A stretch of DNA of 64,000 bases, taken from a virus. Within the stretch, counting starts at the first letter, position 1, and every line of letters begins with the position of its first letter. The notes below the pieces were generated by a model. That model worked only from the letters and a program-made list of their open reading frames with translations. It made no database searches and was not told where the DNA came from. Below are positions 36,745-47,023 of the stretch, in pieces. Location: the IMG/VR virus record IMGVR_UViG_3300020469_004256, positions 5,590-69,589 of that record; one strand, written 5' to 3'. Position numbers and translations under genes: made by a program.

Positions 36745-38730
36745 CTACATATAACTTACTAAAATTTTGGCACTTCCGGTAGTTGCGGAGCCTATATTTA
36801 AGTAAGCATTAATAGTTGCGTCTGAGCCTGTAGTGTATTGATATGCTGGCTGTATAGCATAAGTGCCTATTGATGTTAAATCTATTTCGTCATTGGTTAC
36901 AAGTCTATCAGTATCACCTGAATCACCAACAGTTAGTGTTGCGTCAATGTTATCAAATGCTTGTGTAACTTCAATTGATACCAATGTAATTCTTGAACCA
37001 TCTGACACAGTGCCAATTGCTGTAGTGCCTGTTCCACCTGACTGTGCAACTGTTCCGTCAATAGTGTTTGCATCTGTGTTTGCAGAATCTTCATCTGCCA
37101 ATAAGTTCCATGCACTACCATTGTAAACAAAGAATGCATACTCACCGTTGCCTGAGTCAATAACATAAACAGTATCACCAGTTGTGGCTGATAGAGCATT
37201 TCTTGCCGTAATATCATTTACGACTGTTGTACCACCGCCACCACCACCTGCAACAATACCTTGTTCTACTGTTACTGCCAAAGGATGTCTTCCATTGTGT
37301 ACTGAATATACCCCTAGGCTTGATAATGGTGTACCTGTTGTTTCATCTAATAAAATTTCACCACCATCTGCTCTTGTTAATTTTATATATGCTCCTGATG
37401 ATGCTGATGTAGATAATGCCCACCCTGTACCTGATGATGCACCTGCTACTGGACTACCATTACCATCATTTGTTACATTCACAATAGTAATTGTTCCACC
37501 TGTTGAATTTGATAATACAACATCCGAACCAGATGCTGACGCTGTAATGTTTGTAACATTTGCCGCATTAACATCTGCTATGATGTCTGCACCAATACCA
37601 ACTGCAATACCATAAGCGGCTTGACCTGCTGTTGTGGTTGAGAATGTTACTGACGTTCCGTTAATTGTTATTTCACCACCTGGATAAACACCAACCAATC
37701 CATATGCTAAACTTAATGTTGAAGTTGTTGCTGTCGATGGAGAAGGTGAACTTGATGCTGTTACACCATGTGTCGATGTACTGCCATTAATGTCTGCTAT
37801 TGTCTGTGTTAGTGTTGTGCTTGTTAGTGTAACTGCTGTTTCATTAATTTCTAATACGTCATTTGCTGTTACTGTTGGATCTACCACTGTACCTGTTACT
37901 GATGATGCAATAGAATCTGCTATCTTTAAAAACTGTATTTTGCCTGATGTTGAAGTAGTTGTTAAGCCACCTGCTGTTGAATTATCTGTGTAAAGAAAAT
38001 CTCCAACCGATCCAGGTATTGCAGGATTAAAATCAATAATTCTTGTGTTTGGTCTTAACATAAATTGATCTGGTCCTGGTCCTGGGTTAGTTACTGTACC
38101 AATTGTTTTCGCCGCTGTTGATGCCGTTGTTTTAGCGAAACCTGATGGTGTGATTGATATAACATCGCCTGAGCTAAAACCATGTGATGCTTGATCTAAT
38201 ACATAGTGCATCTGTGGGTTTAAATATTGAAATCTTGAGTTAATGTTTTGATAAAATGTTTGTGATGTGATTGAAGCTGGTACTGGATCTATCATTGGGT
38301 GTCCGTTTTCATTTAATTGAAAACACACTGCTGACCCTACTGCAAATACACCAGAACCTGATGGTGATCTAAATGTGTTATATCTCAACCAATCTTCTAC
38401 CACACAAACTATAGAAGTTGTTGTTTTAGATGTTATAGAAACAATTCTACAGCATATACCAGATGTTGCACCTGATATCCAATCACCTACTTGAACATCT
38501 AAACCATTGTATTGAAAATCTTTTCTTGTTAAGTGAGATCCGTGATCTTGTGCTGTAACTGTTGCTGTTACTGTCCATCTATAATATTTTGGGTTACTAC
38601 CACCTGAATACCATTTATCACCTTGTCCATCATTGTGTGGCCACTGTGCATCGTTGGCAATGTTTGTTATGTTAAGACTTAAAACTTTTGCTGGTTTATT
38701 TACATCAATAAAATTGGTTTTGTAGGCCAT
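36745..38730 (-). CDS. virion structural / tail-associated protein
   Basis: 661 aa, Thr/Ser/Gly-rich beta character; follows the fibre gene. Confidence 0.7.
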   Translation of the reverse strand: MAYKTNFIDVNKPAKVLSLNITNIANDAQWPHNDGQGDKWYSGGSNPKYYRWTVTATVTAQDHGSHLTRKDFQYNGLDVQVGDWISGATSGICCRIVSITSKTTTSIVCVVEDWLRYNTFRSPSGSGVFAVGSAVCFQLNENGHPMIDPVPASITSQTFYQNINSRFQYLNPQMHYVLDQASHGFSSGDVISITPSGFAKTTASTAAKTIGTVTNPGPGPDQFMLRPNTRIIDFNPAIPGSVGDFLYTDNSTAGGLTTTSTSGKIQFLKIADSIASSVTGTVVDPTVTANDVLEINETAVTLTSTTLTQTIADINGSTSTHGVTASSSPSPSTATTSTLSLAYGLVGVYPGGEITINGTSVTFSTTTAGQAAYGIAVGIGADIIADVNAANVTNITASASGSDVVLSNSTGGTITIVNVTNDGNGSPVAGASSGTGWALSTSASSGAYIKLTRADGGEILLDETTGTPLSSLGVYSVHNGRHPLAVTVEQGIVAGGGGGGTTVVNDITARNALSATTGDTVYVIDSGNGEYAFFVYNGSAWNLLADEDSANTDANTIDGTVAQSGGTGTTAIGTVSDGSRITLVSIEVTQAFDNIDATLTVGDSGDTDRLVTNDEIDLTSIGTYAIQPAYQYTTGSDATINAYLNIGSATTGSAKILVSYM

Positions 38731-38733
38731 CTA

Positions 38734-41700
38734 TTAGCCTCCCATTACCACTTGTACCCATGCATGAGTAGTTGTACCAAACGATCTTGATGCTCCTGAG
38801 TCACTCTCTGCCGCTTTAATTTTTATTGAACCAAATGATCCAAATGCTGTTGGTGACCCTGTTGATCCACCGCCTGGTATTTCTCTCAATGTAATATCTT
38901 TGTTCAAAGGATTCATTGTGTATTTGTTTGATGCATACACATAACCATATAATGTAAGACTTGCTGGTGGATAACTGTAACCTGTAAAGTTGATTGTTAT
39001 ATCACCACCTGATGCTGAATCAATTGATACACTTGATATACCTGATGATGTATCTGTTATACTTGATAATGTACCATTTGTTGCATAATTAATTTTAAAC
39101 ATTTCAACTCCTGTTGAACCGCCACCTGATGCAGTTGCTGGTTTCCAGTAACTGTTTGCGTTGTCCCAAGTAAGTACCTGTCCATCTGTTGGTGCTGTGT
39201 TATTAACATTTGATAAATCAGCAATGTCTGCCGCACCAATACGTGCATCTGCTCTTGCATCTGTGTAATATAAATTTGCACCTTCTGAAACATCATCTGT
39301 TGTTAATGAATCCCAACTTAACTGTCCTGAACCATTGGTTTTTAAGTATTGGTTTGCTGAACCATCTGCCTGCGGCCATTTTTGACCATCAAGTATGATA
39401 TCGCCTGTGCTGTGTGGAGTAATTGTAATATTACCATTTGATGCTGTTGTTGAAATTCCTAAGTTACCTGCCGCTGATACTTGCGGTGATGCTCCAGTAG
39501 TTGTTACTGAACCAACTGTTAATGCATCAGTTGTTTTGTTGTATGTAAATCCTGCGTCTCCACCAAATGATCCACCATCATTGAATTGAACCTGTGTGTC
39601 TGAACCAGCAACACTGCCACCTCCACTTGATTGTGCCACCCAAGCATAGTCTGAACCGTTCCATGAAAGAACATATCCATTTGTTGGATTTGATTGATTT
39701 AGGTGTGCGTCAACATCTGAGTTTGCATAAAGTTGACTTGTTAATGCTACTGTACCGTCTGCATCTGGTAAGTTAATTGTTCTGTCTGCTGTTGGATCAA
39801 TTGCTTGAAGTTTTGTTTCATTGTTGTCTGCTGTTGAACCTTCAAAACTAATACTTACGATACTGTTGATGTTTGGATCTAATTCTAATGTAACATTGTT
39901 TGCGGCAATGCCTGCATTAATTTGTCCAGTAGTTCCTAAGAACGTTAGTGTTTCTGTCGCAGTGTTGAATGTGTGTGAACCAGTGTTACCTGCAAGACCG
40001 AATGTTCCGCCTCCTGCCGCTTTCCATTTAAATGCAGTTGATGAATGATCGTAGTATAATACTTTGCCATCATCTGATGCTGAAATTGTATCAACATCAC
40101 TTAATGTTGTTAAACCTGCCGCCGCTATTCTGGCATCAGCTCTCGCATTTGTATAATATAAGTTAGAACCTTCTGATAAATCACCAGTGTCTTTTGCCGC
40201 TAGTCTTGTGTCAAATGCTGAGTTATCAAATAATGTTGTGTCACCTGCAAGTGCTGTTGTAGAACTTGTACCTAATTGTAATGAGTCAGTAATTCCATAA
40301 CCTGCTATTGTAGTTGGTTTGCCTGTTAGTGAAGCAAATGACTGTGCTGGTACTGATGTTAAATATCCTGCACTTGCATGATTGCCCCAACCATATGCTG
40401 TGTTCCAATTTGCCGAGCCAGCCGCAACAATTCTTGCATCTGCTCTAGCATCTGTGTAATATAAATTTGAACCTTCTGATAAATCACCAGTGTCTTTAGA
40501 ACTTAGATCTAAGTTAGCACCAGTTTGTAAATTAACTCTTGCATCTGCTCTTGCATCTGTGTAATACAAGTTTGTGCCTTCTGTTAAATCAGTTGTTGTT
40601 GATGAACTTTCATCTAATAATTTTCTCCAAGCACCACCGTGTGCAAAGTAACCTTTGCCTGTGCCATGTACGTGAGCAAACATACCGTGATATGTTGCCG
40701 CACTTGGTAAATCGCCTTCAGCACTGTAAACGTTTGAATATAAAATTTTACCAGAAACAGTAAGATCGTTTGTTGTTTTGTTGTAAACTATTCCTGCGTC
40801 ACCGCCCATTACACCACCGTCATTAAATTGTACGTATGTGTCTGAACCAGCCGCCGTTGCCGCTGTTACTGTTGCGTTTTCCCAACGTGATGAACTTGCA
40901 TTGTATTTTAAGAATTGATTGTTTTGAATTGATGATATTGTAACATCATTCATTTCACTTAATTCGTTTTCACTTGCTACTTGTGAGTCAACGTATGCCT
41001 TAACTGATTGCTGTGATGGAAGTCTAGTAGCACTGTCTGATGCCATATTGTCTTCATCAATCAATGCATTTGTGATTCTTGCATCTGCTCTAGCATCTGT
41101 GTAATATAAGTTTGTGCCTTCTGCTAAATTAGTTGTTGATTTTGTTGCTAATCTTGTGTCAAAGTCTGCATTGGCTCTTGCACTTGTGTAATACAAGTTC
41201 GAAGAACCTTCTGTTACTGTATCTGTATCGCCTTGTGTAAATGTTAGTACACCTGTGCCACTGTTGTATGAAAGTTGTGCTGATCCTTCACTAATTGCCG
41301 CTCTTGCTCTTGCATCTGTGTAATATAGATTTGCACCTTCTGTCAAGTCACCTGTGTCTTTGGTTGCTAATCTATTGTCAAAATCTGTGTTTGTGTAACC
41401 CGAGTTGCTAATCCATGCATAGTCTGAGCCGTTCCAACTCAATACATAACCTGAAGTTGGATTTGATTGGTTTAGATGTGTATCAATTGCACCGTTCAAT
41501 CCTGCTGTTGTTTGATAACCTGCCGCACCGTGATCTCCCCAACCATATGCTGTGTTCCAGTTTGCCGAACCTGCCGCAGTAATTCTTCCATCTGCTCTTG
41601 CGTTTGTGTAGTATAAGTTAGATCCTTCTGCTAAATCACCTGTGTCTTTGGTTGCTAATCTTGTATCAAATGCTGAGTTATCAAATAATGTTGGCTTGCC

Positions 41701-44040
41701 TGTTAAGTCAGCATAAGCACCACTGAATGCATCTGTAATTCCGTAACCTGCTATTGTTGTTGGTTTACTTGTTAAATCTGCAAATACACCTGAAAACAAT
41801 GCTGTATTACCTGCAAGTGCTGTTGTGGCACTCGTACCTATTTGTAATGCATCTGTAATTCCGTAACCTGCTATTGTAGTTGGCTTGCCTGTCAGTGAAG
41901 CAAATGACTGAGCTGGTACACTTGTTAAGTAACCTGCACTGCCATGGTCACCCCAACCATATGCTGTAATAAATTGTCCTAGATTTGTATCAGTTAATAC
42001 ATTCGTGCCCATGTCAATTGTGTTGCCATTGGCATCCAGTGTCCCACCAAGTTGTGGAGTAGCATCATTCACTATGTCTGTGATACCACCTGTGCCATTT
42101 GCCACCCATGCATAGTCTGAACCGTTCCAAGAAAGAACGTAACCACTTGTTGGACCACTTTGATTTAAGTGGGCGTCAACGTCACTGTTAGTGTAAGAAC
42201 TTCCTGATGCATCTACTTTCCATTTAAATGAAGTTGATGAATGATCATAGTATAAAACTTTTCCATCGTCGCCTGCCACTACTGCATCAACGTTTGATAA
42301 ATCTGTTAGTGATGCCGCTTGTACTCTAGCATCTGCTCTTGCGTTGGTAAAGTATAAGTTTGATCCTTCTGCTACAGCACCTGTATCTTTACTTGCTAAT
42401 CTTGTGTCAAAGTCTGTATTGAAACTTGAGTAAACTGTGTCTGTATCATTTGCTGGTGCCCATCTTGAGTTACCATTATCCCATTTTAATACTTGTCCAT
42501 CTGTAGGAGCCGCTGTGTGTACGTTTGCCAATGCGTTAATGTTTGCCGCACCAATACGTGCATCTGCTCTTGCATCAGTAAAGTATAAATTTGCACCTTC
42601 TGTTGTGATGTCAGTTGTTAATGCTTGGTCAACCCATGCACTACCATTGTGGTATAAAACTTCTCCTGATGCTGGTGTACCAATTGTTGTATCTGTTAAA
42701 CCTGCAAGTGTTGTTGTAGTTGAAACACCTGTAAGTTGTGAACCATCTACTGCTGGTAATCTACCTGAACCATCTAGTTGTACAATCTTACTTGCTGTTG
42801 TGCCTACATCAACGTTTAGTGTTGCATCACCTGATGTTGCACCACCTGTTAAACCTGTGCCTGCAACAACTGATGTAATATCTCCTGCTCCACCACCTGT
42901 CTGTGCCACCCATGCATAGTCTGAACCATTCCAACTTAACACATATCCTGCTGTTGGATTTGATTGGTTTAGATGTGTGTCAACTCTTGCATCTGTGTAA
43001 TATAAATTTGTACCTTCTGATACATCTGAAGTTGACTTACCTGATAGTCTTGTATCAAATGTACTATTGAAATCTGCTGTTGCTAATTTTGTTGCAATAC
43101 TATTTGTTATCGTTGTTGAAAAGTTTGCATCATCACCAAGTGCCGCCGCTAGTTCATTTAATGTGTCTAGTGTGCCTGGTGCTGAGTCAACTAAATTTGC
43201 TACCTGTGTATTAACATAAGTTTGTGTTGCAACATCTGATGTAAATTCTAATGCTGTTTCACCTGAGTTAACTCTTACAAATTTTCCTGCGTCACCTGTA
43301 AGGTTTGATGGTGTGTCTGACAAGCCAACGAAAGTAGATGAACCACCGCCACCTCCACCGCTGTTGTTGTCTGCACCAATTTCCCATTGTCCGCTTGATG
43401 AATTATATTTTAATACTGAACCATTTACTGCTCCTGCAACATCAACATCGCCAATGTTTGCTATCGAATCAATTGCTCCGGCAGTTGATGCTCTACCATA
43501 AAAGTTATCAGCATAAATGTTGGCCCATTTGTATGAGTTTGAACCTAATGAGTATGTGCTGTCTGTGTCTGGTAATTGGTTTGCATTATTTTTTAATGTG
43601 TTTGCATCTGTTTCTGCTTTTGAGTATACGTCTAAATTTGTTCTTGCTGTTGCTACTGAAGCCAATGATGCTAAATTGTCTGATTTTCTTAAAAAGTCTG
43701 AAGCCGCTACACCACCTAATTTGCCTGCGTCAACATTGGCATTAAGTTGTAGTGTTAAGTCATTTGTGTTTGAGGTTACAGTGATACCGCTTGCCGCGTT
43801 TGCGATAATTGATTTTAGTTGTAAATTATCACCTGATTTACTTGTGAATAACCCAGAACCTGTGCCTAGGTTTAATGCTGTTGTATCGTTTGATGCTGTG
43901 ATAGTGATGTTGTTTGCATCTGCTGTTAATGTTACATTAGTACCGCCTACAAGACCTTTGAATTGCAGATCTACACCTGACTTTTGTGCAAAAATCCCTT
44001 GACCAGTACCTAAATTTGACGCCGTGTTTATTTCAGACAT
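38734..44040 (-). CDS. long tail-fibre-like virion protein built from shuffled repeats
   Basis: LDTLNELAAALGDDANF fibre motif; 11x EGxNLY(Y/F)TxAR; 4x HLNQSxPTxGYVLSWNGSDYAW; 3x KPTTIAGYGITD; late promoter AATAAATA upstream. Confidence 0.85.
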   Translation of the reverse strand: MSEINTASNLGTGQGIFAQKSGVDLQFKGLVGGTNVTLTADANNITITASNDTTALNLGTGSGLFTSKSGDNLQLKSIIANAASGITVTSNTNDLTLQLNANVDAGKLGGVAASDFLRKSDNLASLASVATARTNLDVYSKAETDANTLKNNANQLPDTDSTYSLGSNSYKWANIYADNFYGRASTAGAIDSIANIGDVDVAGAVNGSVLKYNSSSGQWEIGADNNSGGGGGGSSTFVGLSDTPSNLTGDAGKFVRVNSGETALEFTSDVATQTYVNTQVANLVDSAPGTLDTLNELAAALGDDANFSTTITNSIATKLATADFNSTFDTRLSGKSTSDVSEGTNLYYTDARVDTHLNQSNPTAGYVLSWNGSDYAWVAQTGGGAGDITSVVAGTGLTGGATSGDATLNVDVGTTASKIVQLDGSGRLPAVDGSQLTGVSTTTTLAGLTDTTIGTPASGEVLYHNGSAWVDQALTTDITTEGANLYFTDARADARIGAANINALANVHTAAPTDGQVLKWDNGNSRWAPANDTDTVYSSFNTDFDTRLASKDTGAVAEGSNLYFTNARADARVQAASLTDLSNVDAVVAGDDGKVLYYDHSSTSFKWKVDASGSSYTNSDVDAHLNQSGPTSGYVLSWNGSDYAWVANGTGGITDIVNDATPQLGGTLDANGNTIDMGTNVLTDTNLGQFITAYGWGDHGSAGYLTSVPAQSFASLTGKPTTIAGYGITDALQIGTSATTALAGNTALFSGVFADLTSKPTTIAGYGITDAFSGAYADLTGKPTLFDNSAFDTRLATKDTGDLAEGSNLYYTNARADGRITAAGSANWNTAYGWGDHGAAGYQTTAGLNGAIDTHLNQSNPTSGYVLSWNGSDYAWISNSGYTNTDFDNRLATKDTGDLTEGANLYYTDARARAAISEGSAQLSYNSGTGVLTFTQGDTDTVTEGSSNLYYTSARANADFDTRLATKSTTNLAEGTNLYYTDARADARITNALIDEDNMASDSATRLPSQQSVKAYVDSQVASENELSEMNDVTISSIQNNQFLKYNASSSRWENATVTAATAAGSDTYVQFNDGGVMGGDAGIVYNKTTNDLTVSGKILYSNVYSAEGDLPSAATYHGMFAHVHGTGKGYFAHGGAWRKLLDESSSTTTDLTEGTNLYYTDARADARVNLQTGANLDLSSKDTGDLSEGSNLYYTDARADARIVAAGSANWNTAYGWGNHASAGYLTSVPAQSFASLTGKPTTIAGYGITDSLQLGTSSTTALAGDTTLFDNSAFDTRLAAKDTGDLSEGSNLYYTNARADARIAAAGLTTLSDVDTISASDDGKVLYYDHSSTAFKWKAAGGGTFGLAGNTGSHTFNTATETLTFLGTTGQINAGIAANNVTLELDPNINSIVSISFEGSTADNNETKLQAIDPTADRTINLPDADGTVALTSQLYANSDVDAHLNQSNPTNGYVLSWNGSDYAWVAQSSGGGSVAGSDTQVQFNDGGSFGGDAGFTYNKTTDALTVGSVTTTGASPQVSAAGNLGISTTASNGNITITPHSTGDIILDGQKWPQADGSANQYLKTNGSGQLSWDSLTTDDVSEGANLYYTDARADARIGAADIADLSNVNNTAPTDGQVLTWDNANSYWKPATASGGGSTGVEMFKINYATNGTLSSITDTSSGISSVSIDSASGGDITINFTGYSYPPASLTLYGYVYASNKYTMNPLNKDITLREIPGGGSTGSPTAFGSFGSIKIKAAESDSGASRSFGTTTHAWVQVVMGG

Positions 44041-44096
44041 ATCTTCTATACCCCTTACAAATATTTGTATTATATGTATTTATTATTAAAGTGGAA

Positions 44097-44474
44097 TTAA
44101 TGGTTCAAAAGAATTGACTCAACTGAGCCTGCTGAAGCATTAAAAACAAGTGCTTTAATATAAACATAGTTTCCAGTAAATGTAAATGCTTCTGTGCCTG
44201 TTAATGTGGTGAATGATTTTGCGTTTGCACCACTTAATGGTATCCTAAACCAATCATTTGCGGTTGGTGTTGTTGCTAGTGTGGCTTCAAGTGCAAATGA
44301 TCCTGTAAAACCATTGCCTTTGAATGCAACTGTGTGTAATCCGTCGGAAAATCCGTAATATGAATCTGCTGGAACATCTGCTGATGTTATAGAAGTATTT
44401 GTGTAACTCCAAGGCAAAGAAAGTGAAGTTCCTGCACTGTCTTTGGTTAACATTTGTATACTGGTTCTTGACAT
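44097..44474 (-). CDS. probable small virion protein
   Basis: YYGFSDGLHTVA..FTG...ATLA..DWF..FTGNYVYIKA beta-sandwich pattern; lies among structural genes. Confidence 0.65.
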   Translation of the reverse strand: MSRTSIQMLTKDSAGTSLSLPWSYTNTSITSADVPADSYYGFSDGLHTVAFKGNGFTGSFALEATLATTPTANDWFRIPLSGANAKSFTTLTGTEAFTFTGNYVYIKALVFNASAGSVESILLNH

Positions 44475-44485
44475 AATAAACTTAT

Positions 44486-46339
44486 TTATCCAAAGGTTAC
44501 ACCGCTATCAATTATAACTCCACCTGTAAGAGTCATATTTACTGAAGCATCATTTACTGTTAATGAGTATGCTCTGTCTTCATATTCAAATCCATTAGTT
44601 GATCTTACTGTAAAATTATACGTACCACTTGATGTAGAATCTGGTGCACCATCTAATAATCCTGCAGTGTCTAAACTCATGCCACTTGGCAGTGATCCTG
44701 ATTGTATTGTGTGTGTTACTGTGTGCAACTGCTCTGATGCTGAATTTCTAAATGTTGCTGATAAATCAAAACTGTTGTTTGCTTCTTCATATATTGATGT
44801 CAACGCACCTGCACCTGTAGACCAAGTTATGGTGTAATCTTGATAAGGTTGGAAAGCACGGTTTTGGTTTGACAATGCATATCCACTAACTGCACTATCA
44901 ATATCTCCATTGCCTTGAATAAATGCTTTTGCTGATTCTTGATTTGCTTTTGTTGATACTGCTCCAAACGTACTTGAATCTGTATCAAGATAACAAGCAA
45001 CATAACCTGCTACCTGTGGCGATGCCATAGAAGTTCCTTGTAGTTTGTTCACGTAATAACCTGTTGATCCAATCTGTACTGCTGAACCACTGTTGATGTA
45101 TGAACTGTGAATTCTTGTGCCTGGTGCCCACACAGTCAATGGTTCTCCATAATTTGAAAATGATGCTTTTGCAAGAGTGGTATCGTGTGCCATAACTGAG
45201 ATATCATGTCTTGTTGATGTTCCAAATTCTATCCAAGCATTTGACGGTGACTGACCGTTGTTGGTTGGTTGAAAATATATTGTGTTGTTGTAACTACCAC
45301 CTGGTGGAGCACCTGGTGTACCTGATCTTGAACCTGTACCATATGTGTTTGGATCGTATGCTGATGCATCTTCTTTGTAAATTTTTTCTCCTGCGCCATA
45401 TCCCATATCGTTGCCACTATCAAAGAAATACCAATATCCTGAATTCCATCCACTTTCATTTGAATCATAAACTCTCTCATTGTCATTACCTGCTGAACAT
45501 ACTGTAACAATTCCTGCGTTGTTCATGTTTTTAACAAGTGTGTCGTACGAACTTGATCTTGCCATGTGATATTGACTGCTTGGTATTGCATTTGGATCCC
45601 ATGATGCTGTGGTATAAAAATATGAAGGATGATTTGGTGGATAGTATGTTGATGAGGCCCAGCTCATGTTTACCACTGTTGGTCTACCTGTGCCTTTTGA
45701 ATTGTGCCATGATGTGATGTATCCCATTGAACTTGCTGAGTATCCATAATTGACACTGCCTAAATTTGTTGTGAAAGAATAAATTTGTGCATCTCTGGCC
45801 CAACCTTGTGTTCTACCTGCTACTGTGCCTGCAACGTGTGTGCCATGACCGTTTGAGTCTGTGTAGAAACTTGCACCTTGTGATCCTCCCCAACTGATTT
45901 GATTTATTCTTGATGATGAGTTAGAAGCAAGGTCATTGAATTCTGGGTGTCCTACCACAATGCCGGTGTCCATAATAACACAGTCAACATTTGCACCTGT
46001 TTGTGAATATGTAAAGTTGGTTGAAAGTGTTGTGTTGTTTTGAGTCATTTGTGCAAGTCCCCAATTGTGATGTGTCGTGCTTACAGTCGATGACGTATCT
46101 GGATTTATAGTTGTTGATGCATCAATATCAAATTTTAACTTCTTTTCATAGTCTTCACTGTTTGCACCGGCCACTTTATCTGATGCCAACCATTTGTCAA
46201 ACTGATCTCTATTGGCCATTTCTACCCAAATGATTTCAGGAATAGAACTATCTGTGATTGTTATACCATCTGCTTCAAGTTCAGTAATTAACTGTTCTTT
46301 TGTAATAATATCTAAGTTTGGTACAATTAGTGCTTTCAT
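44486..46339 (-). CDS. subtilisin-like S8 serine protease with C-terminal putative Ig domain
   Basis: Triad IMDTG / GHGTHVAG / GTSMASP; SAGN oxyanion; GSLPSGMSL..G.YNFTVR Ig motif. Confidence 0.92.
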   Translation of the reverse strand: MKALIVPNLDIITKEQLITELEADGITITDSSIPEIIWVEMANRDQFDKWLASDKVAGANSEDYEKKLKFDIDASTTINPDTSSTVSTTHHNWGLAQMTQNNTTLSTNFTYSQTGANVDCVIMDTGIVVGHPEFNDLASNSSSRINQISWGGSQGASFYTDSNGHGTHVAGTVAGRTQGWARDAQIYSFTTNLGSVNYGYSASSMGYITSWHNSKGTGRPTVVNMSWASSTYYPPNHPSYFYTTASWDPNAIPSSQYHMARSSSYDTLVKNMNNAGIVTVCSAGNDNERVYDSNESGWNSGYWYFFDSGNDMGYGAGEKIYKEDASAYDPNTYGTGSRSGTPGAPPGGSYNNTIYFQPTNNGQSPSNAWIEFGTSTRHDISVMAHDTTLAKASFSNYGEPLTVWAPGTRIHSSYINSGSAVQIGSTGYYVNKLQGTSMASPQVAGYVACYLDTDSSTFGAVSTKANQESAKAFIQGNGDIDSAVSGYALSNQNRAFQPYQDYTITWSTGAGALTSIYEEANNSFDLSATFRNSASEQLHTVTHTIQSGSLPSGMSLDTAGLLDGAPDSTSSGTYNFTVRSTNGFEYEDRAYSLTVNDASVNMTLTGGVIIDSGVTFG

Positions 46340-46396
46340 ACGTTTATCCTACTATATGACGCCTTAAAACAGGACTAAGACGCCATTATATAGTAG

Positions 46397-46404
46397 TATT
46401 TATA
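46397..46404 (-). promoter_or_regulatory. late promoter TATAAATA for the protease/virion operon
   Basis: Exact consensus, followed by leader hairpin GGCGUCUUA...UAAGGCGUC. Confidence 0.75.
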
Positions 46405-46407
46405 AAC

Positions 46408-46563
46408 TTATATGCCCTGCATACGATCATCTTTAGATGTAATATTATGCTTGGCTTTTGGTCTTGCAACCGAGTCTTGTGAACGTTTTCTTAAAATTGC
46501 TCTAGCACTGATTTTGCGTTTAAGCTCTGCCAAGGGTTTCTTTAAATCCCATTTAAAGTTCAT
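46408..46563 (-). CDS. 51-aa basic peptide downstream of the riboswitch, absent from the track (MNFKWDLKKPLAELKRKISARAILRKRSQDSVARPKAKHNITSKDDRMQGI)
   Basis: Manual translation; strong RBS AAGGAGGGTG. Confidence 0.8.
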   Translation of the reverse strand: MNFKWDLKKPLAELKRKISARAILRKRSQDSVARPKAKHNITSKDDRMQGI

Positions 46564-46590
46564 ATCACCCTCCTTTGGTTAAAGTTAGGT

Positions 46591-46634
46591 GCGTTCCTTC
46601 GCTTTATGCTACTTCCGTCCCGTAGGATGAACGT
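46591..46634 (-). ncRNA. glutamine-I (glnA motif) riboswitch
   Basis: ACGUUC-A-UCC UACG GGA-CGGAAGUA-GC AUAAA GC-GAAG-GAACGC: P1 CGUUC/GAACG, UNCG-capped P2, E-loop AGUA/GAA. Confidence 0.85.
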
Positions 46635-46650
46635 ATGAGTATTTAGCCAT

Positions 46651-46680
46651 AAAAAAAGGGCGAGTAAAAACCCGCCCTTT
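46651..46680 (-). terminator. intrinsic terminator
   Basis: AAAGGGCGGGU-UUUU-ACUCGCCC-U7. Confidence 0.9.
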
Positions 46681-46714
46681 TAAGTATCTTGTATTTGAGC
46701 TAATCAATTAATGA

Positions 46715-47023
46715 TTATGCTTTATCTTGATCAAAGTCTGCTAAGATAGTTGTAGCCGCACCAGTTACGCCTAATGCGTTTGATGAATCAGCAACGTATG
46801 TGATAGTGCTTTGTAAAGCAACTTGTACGTTATCAGCTTGATCGTCTGATGTGTAACCGTCAACACCTGCTACTGTATGACCTTCTGTTTTAAGAGATTG
46901 GATCATTGTAGTTAACTCTGCACGAGTGATGTTTGTTTTAGCAATATTGATAATTTGTGTTCTTGGACCTAAACCGTTGCCGTTATCAGCAGTTGGTTTG
47001 TCTGAAGTTGGACCGAATGACAT
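46715..47023 (-). CDS. small late, probably virion, protein; monocistronic
   Basis: TATAAATA near 47094-47101, AAGGAG RBS, its own terminator. Confidence 0.75.
   Translation of the reverse strand: MSFGPTSDKPTADNGNGLGPRTQIINIAKTNITRAELTTMIQSLKTEGHTVAGVDGYTSDDQADNVQVALQSTITYVADSSNALGVTGAATTILADFDQDKA

Noticed and set aside
36863-44002. Long plus-strand ORFs opposite the structural genes (e.g. 37184..37615, 42437..42919, 43517..44002)
   Set aside because: Antisense shadows of Thr/Ala/Ser/Gly-rich codons; no RBS or recognisable motifs.
38734-44040. CRISPR array or DGR template/variable repeats
   Set aside because: The repeats are in-frame, differ mostly at synonymous sites and are irregularly spaced. 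No cas or reverse transcriptase gene is in the window and no adenine-specific pattern was apparent.
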